In this document: positions 1 to 7,129 of the stretch, one piece after another
How positions within the stretch are numbered: the stretch's first letter is position 1
Layout: every line of letters begins with the position of its first letter
Source: Fimbriimonadales bacterium
GTDB lineage: Bacteria > Armatimonadota > Fimbriimonadia > Fimbriimonadales > JABRVX01
Reading direction: 5' to 3'
Assembly: GCA_045862955.1 (NCBI GenBank)
Contig: BTVI01000064.1
Location: 1-13,655, forward strand
Length of the DNA stretch: 13,655 nucleotides
Position numbers and translations under genes: made by a program
The notes under the pieces: model-generated
What the model was told of the DNA's origin: nothing
Databases searched by the model: none
Seen by the model: the letters and a program-made list of their open reading frames with translations, nothing else

Positions 1-590
1 GTCATGCTGAGCCTGTCGAAGCACGCAACCACAAGCCGCAAGCGTTGCATCGGAGGCCGCCATCGTTCGGGCGGCGAGGGCGCACCGACACAGGCGCCCC
101 GTCCCATGCCCCGGCCCGCGTCCGCCGCATTCCTCCAACCCGACGCACACCGCCAACCCAAGGACCGCGCCGGGGCATGGAGCCCCCGCCACACCCCTTT
201 CCGTCATGCTGAGCCTGTCGAAGCATGACCCCGCCTGCCCTGCGGTTCCGCAGGGACGTTTCCCTCTGTCGCCCTCATGCTTCGACAGGCTCAGCATGAC
301 GGCTTCCCACCTACCCATCCTCTGCCCGTGGTGAGCGAAGGGCACACACGGCTCGGGGCGTCATGCTTCGACAGGCTCAGCATGACGGCTTCCAGCATGA
401 CGGTTTCCCACTTACCCATCCTTTACGTGTGGTGAGGGATAGTGAGCCCGTCCGCAGCTCGCCGTCACGGAGATGAGCACTATCCAACGGGACGCAGGTG
501 AGCTCGCCGACACGGCGGCACTCACGCTCCTCTCGGCCACCCGGCGCCCGCAATCCGGCGGGACGCCGTAATCTCGCACTCCAGGCGATG
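1..590. repeat. Composite REP-like repeat cluster (modules A, B, C), left end
   Basis: Module A, (C)GTCATGCTGAGCCTGTCGAAGCATGAC(G), occurs at 1-23, 202-229, 275-301 (rev) and 359-387 (rev). Module B, CCATGCCCCGGC...GCCGGGGCATGG, lies at 104-180. Positions 202-590 are a degenerate inverted copy of sequence at 12323-12620 and 13263-13610. Module A resembles CGTC-tagged palindromic REP families. Confidence 0.9.
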
Positions 591-648
591 AGATTGGACC
601 GAGGGAAGTGTGAGGCGGGGACGAATCGAAGCAAACCAAATGCGCGAA

Positions 649-673
649 AGGGCCGCGGGGTGGCCGCGGCCCT
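649..673 (-). terminator. Putative intrinsic terminator of the 694-993 gene
   Basis: Perfect 10-bp stem AGGGCCGCGG/CCGCGGCCCT with a 5-nt loop, ~20 nt past the stop codon. On the minus strand it is followed by TTCGCGCATTTGGTTT, a weak U-tract. Confidence 0.5.
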
Positions 674-693
674 GCAAACTGGATCCGAACTCC

Positions 694-993
694 CTAGTCA
701 ACAGCCGATAGAACGGCCAGAGGATTAACCGGGGGCATCTCGAGGTGAACGGCGACTGCGTGGAGAGCGTCGGTCGGGTCGGTGTAGTAGAACTCGTTAC
801 CCTTCGTGTCCGTAACCACCCAACCGTTGCAAACGATGCGTACCTTGGCTTGCGCCTCGACGTTTTCGGCAAACAGCTCGGACAAGCTGTCGACATCCCA
901 TCTGTTGCCGCGCTCCTTACGACGCTTCGGCATCTGCGAGTGAGGGGTTGGAAAGATGGGGCCCTGCTGCCCGTTCATCGAGCGTTTGTGCAT
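694..993 (-). CDS. Small hypothetical protein (99 aa)
   Basis: ATG preceded by a strong SD (AAGGGAGG-TTGA-ATG), with a downstream hairpin and protein-like composition (VRIVCNGWVVTDTKGNEFYY). No family recognised. Confidence 0.75.
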   Translation of the reverse strand: MHKRSMNGQQGPIFPTPHSQMPKRRKERGNRWDVDSLSELFAENVEAQAKVRIVCNGWVVTDTKGNEFYYTDPTDALHAVAVHLEMPPVNPLAVLSAVD

Positions 994-1057
994 TCAACCT
1001 CCCTTATTCGGTTATCAACGTGGAACACTTCCAACGGCGTAAGCAAGACGAATATAA

Positions 1058-1083
1058 GACGCGTCGGGTTGCGGTGCTGTTCC
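1058..1083 (-). promoter_or_regulatory. Possible ECF-sigma-type promoter for the 694-993 gene
   Basis: Minus strand reads GGAAC-N17-CGTC, similar to ECF sigma consensus elements, about 65 nt upstream of the ATG. Confidence 0.3.
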
Positions 1084-1117
1084 CTGATGAGCCGTAAGTC
1101 CTGTCGGTTTCCGCTGG

Positions 1118-1126
1118 TGGTATGCT
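1118..1126 (+). promoter_or_regulatory. Possible extended -10 promoter for the methyltransferase (near-leaderless)
   Basis: TGG-TATGCT ends 9 nt before the GTG start. There is no clear SD and no clear -35. Confidence 0.35.
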
Positions 1127-1135
1127 CCCAGGCAG

Positions 1136-1969
1136 GTGAGCAACGTCGTCTACTTCGGTGACAACCTGCCGATCCTCCGATCGCTCGCGACCGAGAGCGT
1201 AGACCTGATCTACGTGGACCCGCCATTCAACACGGGCTCGGTTCGTCGGATGCAGAGGCTACGGGTCGAGCGCTCGGAGCAGGGCGAGCGGACGGGCTTC
1301 GGGGGCATTCGCTACCGGACCGAGCCGGTCAGCACCATCAGCTTTTCCGACCTCCACGACGACTACCTCGCATTCCTCGAGCCACGGCTAGTCGAGGCCC
1401 ACCGGCTGCTGAAGCCCACCGGCAGCATGTACGTGCACCTCGACTACCGGGAAGTGCACTACTGCAAGGTGATGCTGGACGGCATCTTCGGGCGCGAGTG
1501 CTTCTTGAACGAGATCATCTGGGCCTACGACTACGGTGGTCGCTCGAAGCGGCGCTGGCCGACCAAGCACGACACGATCCTCTTCTATGCCAAGGACCCC
1601 GCGCTCTACCACTTCGATCGGGAGGCCGCCGAGCGCATCCCTTACATGGCTCCCGGGCTGGTGAGTGCGGAGAAGGCCGCCCTCGGCAAGCTGCCCACCG
1701 ACACCTGGTGGCACACCATCGTGCCCACCTCGGGCTCAGAGCGGACGGGCTATCCCACGCAGAAGCCGCTCGGCATCCTTCGGCGCATCATTTCGGTGTC
1801 CTCACGGCCCGGCGACGTGGTGCTGGACTTCTTTGCGGGCAGCGGGACGACCGGGGCGGCCGCGGGGGAACTGGGCAGACGGTTCATCCTGATAGACAAC
1901 AACCCGGAAGCCATCCGTGTGATGCGTGCGCGACTGGGTGAGGATGTGCAGTGGGTCGGGTGCGAGTAG
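1136..1969 (+). CDS. Site-specific DNA methyltransferase, N6-adenine/N4-cytosine beta class (orphan)
   Basis: Catalytic motif IV (LIYVDPPFN) precedes SAM-binding motif I (LDFFAGSGTT). Also GDNL, LKPTGSMYVHLD, FLNEIIW and YPTQKP, all typical of the N6_N4_Mtase / Mod-like family. Confidence 0.95.
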   Translation: MSNVVYFGDNLPILRSLATESVDLIYVDPPFNTGSVRRMQRLRVERSEQGERTGFGGIRYRTEPVSTISFSDLHDDYLAFLEPRLVEAHRLLKPTGSMYVHLDYREVHYCKVMLDGIFGRECFLNEIIWAYDYGGRSKRRWPTKHDTILFYAKDPALYHFDREAAERIPYMAPGLVSAEKAALGKLPTDTWWHTIVPTSGSERTGYPTQKPLGILRRIISVSSRPGDVVLDFFAGSGTTGAAAGELGRRFILIDNNPEAIRVMRARLGEDVQWVGCE

Positions 1970-2136
1970 TTGCGGTTGCGAGACCGGGTGCGAACGCGGC
2001 GGTGCGGAAACTCGGTCGGCACACCGTTGTCGCAGCACGCTCTTCATCCGCATCGCCCCCGTAGGGGAACGGGAACTTGTAACATTTTGTGCCCTCGGGT
2101 ACTGGACGCGGGAACGGACGCAAACTGCGAATCATG

Positions 2137-2165
2137 TTGACAACCGGAGGATCCCGTAGTACCAT
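2137..2165 (+). promoter_or_regulatory. Sigma70-type promoter for the propeller/PEP-CTERM locus
   Basis: TTGACA (2137-2142), 17-nt spacer, TACCAT (2160-2165). Confidence 0.65.
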
Positions 2166-2289
2166 GGATGGCGGATGGTGTCCCGGCAAACGTGCCGGGG
2201 CTCGGGTGTCGGACGGAGCCGCTTGATCGCGTCGCTCCGGCGGGCATCGGATTCGGCACGAAACGGGACCCCCAGAAGGAAGACCCGAA

Positions 2290-3828
2290 GTGCAGAGTGT
2301 CTCACGATGGGCGTCGTTCCTCGCCCTCGTGTTCCGCGGGGGGGTAGGCCTGCTTCTCCTTCCGCTGTGCGCGCACGCGCAGATCGACACGTCATCTCCT
2401 TGGCCTAAGTGGGCCGCCGACAACCGCAATACGGGCCGCGCCGTGAAGTCCCTTCCCTCGGGCTTCGCTGGCATCCGAGTGCGTTGGTCAACCCGGCTGC
2501 CCTTTCACGAGAATCCGCACTATCGGCTAGAGACCGTCGAGCGCGGGATCGTGGTGGGCTCGGATGGTTAGGTACTTGTGCCAACCGGCGCGGGGAGGCT
2601 GTTCTGCTTTGACGCACTGACCGGTAACGAGCTGTGGCGCTACGCGACCGATGCCTACACTCCTGATGACCCCATGCAGTGGGCGAACACCGGCACCCCC
2701 GCCCTCGTGGACCCGGTGCAGACGGGCATCGAAGGCCGCGAGGGGCCGGTTCGCCTGTACGACATCGTGTTCGGGTGCAAGAGCAAGGTGTACTGCCTGA
2801 TACCACAAGCCGGCGGCGGCCCCCCGCAAGTCCGCTGGACGTACACCCTACCAGACAGGTACCGCACGCAAGCTTGTCCTGTGGTTCGCTACGACGGGAG
2901 GATGTACATCCCGGTGTACGCAGATAACCGTCCGGCGGCACCCGGATTGCTCATCGCACTGAACAAGAACGGCACCGAGGCCTGGCGGCTGGAGTTGGAT
3001 GCCTACGACGGTCCCGACGATCCGCGGATGGACAACGTAGTGTTCACCAATCCGGCCATGGGGGCCGACGGAACGATCTACCTTACGGCCATCGCAGGGC
3101 AAGAGACCGAAGACGCGTTCCCGAAGAGCGGAACGCTGTATGCCATACAAGACCTCGGCAGCAGCGGTCAGGTGAAGTGGAGGTTTCGTCCCGACTTCGA
3201 CGAAGAGGGACCGGGCTTCTCGCTTGCCTTCTCCTCACCGTGCGTGGGTGACGATGGGCGCATTTACTTCGGCACCTGGGACATCGTGAAGAACGAGCAA
3301 GGCCAGGTGATCAGCCAGAGCGGAACCCTGTGGGCGGTGGAGGAGGTTGGCGGCCATCCAGAGGAGGATTGGCGCCTCTCCTCGATCAACGGTCGCCCGC
3401 TCGGCCCGGTAGAGAGTTCCCCCGTGGTGACATCCAATCACGTGGTGCATGTGGGCAGCGTGTCATCGGCCACTCAATACCGTGGAGCCTTCCTCAAAGC
3501 GACTGGAGCAAATCAGCAGGTCAGCGCGGTGCTGATGTTCGAGTCGCCTGGGGTGATTGGCGACGACGAATGCAACGTAGACGCGACTGGCTGCATCGGG
3601 ATCAACGGGGCGACCTACCGCGTCTTCCAGACCGGCGAATACGGTGACGCACGTGCATTCGACCCGCTCGGCAACCTGCTCTGGGGCCCGCAGCAGATCC
3701 ATCGCACTGACCTGACCTCGGTAGCGATGGGGCACGATGGGACCATCTACGTGGGAACCCGCGGCGGCACGCACGGCGGCGGGGACACTCTACCGGGGTA
3801 CGTGTACGCACTATGGGGGTTCGAGTAG
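2290..3828 (+). pseudogene. Secreted PQQ-binding-like/BamB-type beta-propeller protein interrupted by an in-frame TAG at 2569-2571
   Basis: ORFs 2290-2571 and 2578-3828 share a frame. The joined protein has a signal peptide (LLLLPLCAHA-Q), the typical N-terminal SPWPKWAADNRNTG, and repeated blades (GSDG*VLV, YDGRMYI, GADGTIYL, GDDGRIYF, GHDGTIYV, plus FDALTGNELWRY). It spans 512 codons if read through. Confidence 0.8.
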
Positions 3829-5230
3829 TGTTGGGGCGGGGCGCAAAGTTCCTCGCCGGCGTCGGAGTGGTTGGTGTCATGTTGGCTGCCTGTCTCCCCG
3901 CGTGGGCGCAGCAGTACGTTCACCGGCTCGTAGCTCGCATGCCGTACATTGCGCCAGTCATCGGTCTGTCGGCTTCGGGGGACTATTGGTACTCGGGCGG
4001 ACAGGGTAGCCTCTACGACGGTTTCGACCTATACGTCAACGGCGTAAACTACACCGAGGCGCTATTCCCTGGTCTCCGTTGGGCGGGCAAGGCCTACGTG
4101 CGTGCGGATAGATCCGTTGTGTGGATGGCGAGTTGGTACGAAGGGGAGGCATACTACGGTCACACGTTCGTGAACCAGAGCAACTACTCAGCCCCCTTAT
4201 ACGGCAGCGATGCCTACGTGGCATACGAAGCTAACGACCGTGGAGACATCGCTGCGCACGTGCACCGACGCGTCGGCAACGCGAGCCACACTGATATCTG
4301 GCTCGCGACACGCAATGTGACGGAGCCTGTGCTTGGCCCGTATCCGCGCAATCCGGATGAGATACTCCCAGTGCGGCTGCTCGAGGACGGCTCGCTCTTC
4401 TGGGGCGGCAGGAGTCCGGTCACGCAGAATCAGTGGGACTGGTTCCGGGACGATGTCAACTTGACCAAGGACGTTCTCGGGCCCAACCGAAGCGCCTGGA
4501 GAAGCACTACGAGCCTTGCGGTCAACTCCTCCGGTCAGTATGCCTTCGAGGGGATGGGCAGTCTAACAGGGCTACGGTGGAACGTCTTCGTGGGTCAGGA
4601 GAACTACTCATCACGCGTGCTAGGTCCGGGACCACACGAAGCCTGGCTCGGGGGAATCAGCGAGAACGGATCCGTAGCCTGGTGGGGCCACCGGCTCGGG
4701 GAACCCGCGAGCGTGTACCGCGACGACGTGAACCTGTCGCAATTCCTAGGACCTGACCGAATCACGCGATGGGACTCTTTCATCTCCCGCCAGGGCGACG
4801 TGGCTTGGTCGGGCGCCGTCCGCGACGGCGGCGATTACGACGTGTACGTGAACCAGGCAAACATCTCCGCCGACTTGCTAGGCCCCGGCCGGTCGGCAAC
4901 ACAACACCCTGGGGGTTCACGGATGCGGGACTTCCCATCTGGTTCGGATGGGGGTCGCTCGTGCCGAACGGTGCGCTATTCGTCGGTCGTACCAATCTAG
5001 GGCTGGAGGCGTTCGGGTCTACATCTCCGTGGCCGTCTCAGTGGAACGCGGTGGGCAACGCCCGCGGCGATATCCTCTGGTGGACCCAGTTCTCGGTGGG
5101 TGGGCAGAAGTACAACGAACTCTGGCTCTCCACCCTCGTCCCCGAGCCGAGCGCGCTGTGGGCGCTACTGATTCCCTTGGTTCTTTGCGCGCGCCGTGCC
5201 CAGGAGCGCTGCTCCTTGGGCTGTCGCTGA
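3828..5230 (+). pseudogene. Secreted repeat (probable 8-bladed propeller) protein with C-terminal PEP-CTERM sorting signal, frameshifted at ~4897-4906
   Basis: The GTG start overlaps the upstream stop (TAGTG); ATG 3813 is an alternative. Signal peptide ends ...LAACLPAWA-QQ. Seven repeats (e.g. DLYVNGVNYTEALFPG, DVYVNQANISADLLGP) lie in frame 3813-5000. The eighth repeat (ALFVGRTNLGLEAFGS) and VPEPSALWALLIPLVLCARR lie in the 4769-5230 frame. Removing one CAACA copy gives a 465-aa protein. Confidence 0.85.
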
Positions 5231-5256
5231 CAGGCCTGTTGGGAACGTGCACGACG

Positions 5257-5397
5257 GCACCGACACGGGGGTTCCGACCCATGCCCCGGCGCGGTCCTTC
5301 GGTTCTTGGCAGGGCGGTTCGTGGGTGCAGGCCGGCGGACGCGGGCCGGGGCATGGGTTGCGCGGCGAGGTCATGCTTCGACAGGCTCAGCATGACG
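5257..5397. repeat. REP-like cluster: module B (5278-5357) and module A (5370-5397, rev)
   Basis: CCCATGCCCCGGC...GCCGGGGCATGGG and GTCATGCTTCGACAGGCTCAGCATGACG, directly after the PEP-CTERM gene stop. Confidence 0.9.
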
Positions 5398-5589
5398 AGG
5401 TACAGCATCACCCCGCTAAGGACGACAGAACCCAGTATGACGGCAATGGTTGCGGCTGTCCGAAGGCTTCCCCTGCCAGTGTTCGAGCCCGACACCTCGC
5501 AAGGCCAACACCTAACACCCCCCTAACCGTCTACCCTCTCTCGTCACACCGCCCGACCCGTCATAGGCCAATCCGCCGCACCCCCTACC

Positions 5590-5775
5590 CACCACACCCC
5601 TGCCCGTCATGCTGAGCCTGTCGAAGCATGCAACCGCAAGCCGCAAGCGTTGCATCGGAAGCCGCCACCATGCCGACGGCGAGGGCACGGCTGCCCCGGC
5701 TCCTGCCCCGGCGCGGTCCTTGGGGTGCTGCAGGGCGGTTCGTGGATGCAGGTCGGCGGACGCGGGCCGGGGCAT
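5590..5775. repeat. Single copy of the ~206-bp A-linker-B composite unit
   Basis: CCACACCCCTGCC, then module A (5605-5630), then the linker CAACCGCAAGCCGCAAGCGTTGCATCGG..., then module B (5704-5775). Matches the units at 12661-13257. Confidence 0.9.
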
Positions 5776-5810
5776 AGAAAACGAGGAGCGCAGCACCATA
5801 GGCTATCGCT

Positions 5811-5855
5811 GAGAAGGGAAAGAGAGGGAGCGGCCTCAGCCCAAGGCCGCTCCCT
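5811..5855 (-). terminator. Putative intrinsic terminator of the TPR gene
   Basis: Perfect 12-bp stem AGGGAGCGGCCT/AGGCCGCTCCCT (5825-5836/5844-5855), 21 nt past the stop. Followed on the minus strand by CTCTTTCCCTTCTC. Confidence 0.6.
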
Positions 5856-5876
5856 ACCAGAGGAGTGCACACGCAC

Positions 5877-6716
5877 TCATTGACGAAGGAAACCGGTGTG
5901 CTCGCCGATGCCCTCGATGCCGGAGTCGTGAGGCAGGCACCGAAGAAGCGCGGTTCCCGCCTCTGTCAAGCGAAAACCGCGCCGGTTCACCGCGCCTTCC
6001 GGATCCTGATCGAACTGGATCCGGAACAGCGGATCCTCGACGATCAGCATGGCGATGAGTCGGAGTTGCCACCTTTCGAGACTGGCGGCTGCGGCCTCTG
6101 CGTGAACGCGCAGCTCGGGCCCGGGGGCGGCCTCGAGCACAGCCAAGAAGTCTTCCATCGCCCTACCCCACGCTCCCTGATACTGGTGGAGCACACCTCG
6201 CTGATAACGGTATGCGGGTTCGTATGGGTTGAGTTCTAGCAGACGGTTCATCACGCGCTGCGCCGCGGCCAGCTCGCCACAGTACCAATAGGCTTTGGCC
6301 AACGCTTCCAGCGCAGCGGAGTTGTAGGGTTGAAGTAGGAGCCAGGACGAGGACTCACGGATCACGTCCTCGTACTCCCCTCGCTCGAGAAGGATATCCA
6401 CGAGCAGATTGCGGCCGCAAGGGTCGTGCGGGTCCAGCGCGATCGCCTTGCGAGCGGCCTCGACGGCTTCCGTCCAGCGTCCGCAAAGACGCAGGATCTC
6501 AGCGGCTTGGCGGTAATGTGCGACAGTGGCACGCGCGCCTTCTTGGTCCTGGGGAACCAAGGCGTTGGCTACTGCCGCAAGCGACACCGCGGTGCAGTAT
6601 TCCTCTCCCGTCAACGGGACCTCTGCCCGAGGCCCGTTGTCATGCAGTCCAGCCATTGGCAAATCACCTAAGCCCGTCGGCTCTTTGCGTAGCGGAGTTG
6701 CGAACCTTCCCGCCAA
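5877..6716 (-). CDS. Tetratricopeptide repeat protein with a C-terminal NHLP/Os1348-like helical domain
   Basis: About four TPR motifs (AVEAARKAIALDP, ALEALAKAYWYCGELAAA, LLELNPYEPAYRYQRGVLHQYQGAWGRA). The start is uncertain (TTG 6716 with upstream GGAG, or ATG 6656). Confidence 0.85.
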   Translation of the reverse strand: MAGRFATPLRKEPTGLGDLPMAGLHDNGPRAEVPLTGEEYCTAVSLAAVANALVPQDQEGARATVAHYRQAAEILRLCGRWTEAVEAARKAIALDPHDPCGRNLLVDILLERGEYEDVIRESSSWLLLQPYNSAALEALAKAYWYCGELAAAQRVMNRLLELNPYEPAYRYQRGVLHQYQGAWGRAMEDFLAVLEAAPGPELRVHAEAAAASLERWQLRLIAMLIVEDPLFRIQFDQDPEGAVNRRGFRLTEAGTALLRCLPHDSGIEGIGEHTGFLRQ

Positions 6717-7022
6717 TCGTCGCTACTCTCCGCCACCCCGCGTCGCGGTATGAGCAATGCCGCAAAATCGCTCGTATCACCCGTCGGGCGTCAGTGGGCT
6801 CGGCAGCCGTATGGCCTGGGCGCGGTGGGATGGGTACGAGGGGACCAACACAGGAGCAAACACCCCGCGACCGGCACGTCGGCCGATCGGGGGTCGAAAA
6901 CCGATGCGGGCTCCCTTCTCACGAATGCTCTCTTCCCTTCCTCTACAGCGCCGAAGACGGCAACTCAAACACACAGACGCGGGACACGCGCCGAGACCGA
7001 CAGATTCTTGCTCTCGGCATCA

Positions 7023-7051
7023 ATTATCAAACGGGTCCTGTGGCATGTCAA
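7023..7051 (-). promoter_or_regulatory. Sigma70-type promoter upstream of the TPR gene
   Basis: Minus strand reads TTGACA (7051-7046), 17-nt spacer, GATAAT (7028-7023), within an AT-rich patch. Confidence 0.6.
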
Positions 7052-7129
7052 CTAGTCAAAGCCACAGGATGTACCGAAAGGGTTCCCGTTCGGGCACAAT
7101 CCGTGATATTCGCTGGGCTGTCCTCGGCC

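Noticed and set aside
2105..2200. c-di-GMP-I riboswitch (GACGCAAA at ~2117, GGCAAA at ~2185)
   Set aside because: The motifs are in the wrong order, there is no P2 GAAA tetraloop/receptor, and the region is better explained as a sigma70 promoter.
2569..2571. Genome-wide TAG reassignment
   Set aside because: TAG ends other genes at plausible C-termini (MTase, the propeller gene itself, the 99-aa gene).
4769..5230. Independent 153-aa PEP-CTERM gene
   Set aside because: Its N-terminal part is an off-frame reading with no signal peptide. The meaningful part continues the repeat pattern of the upstream gene after the frameshift.
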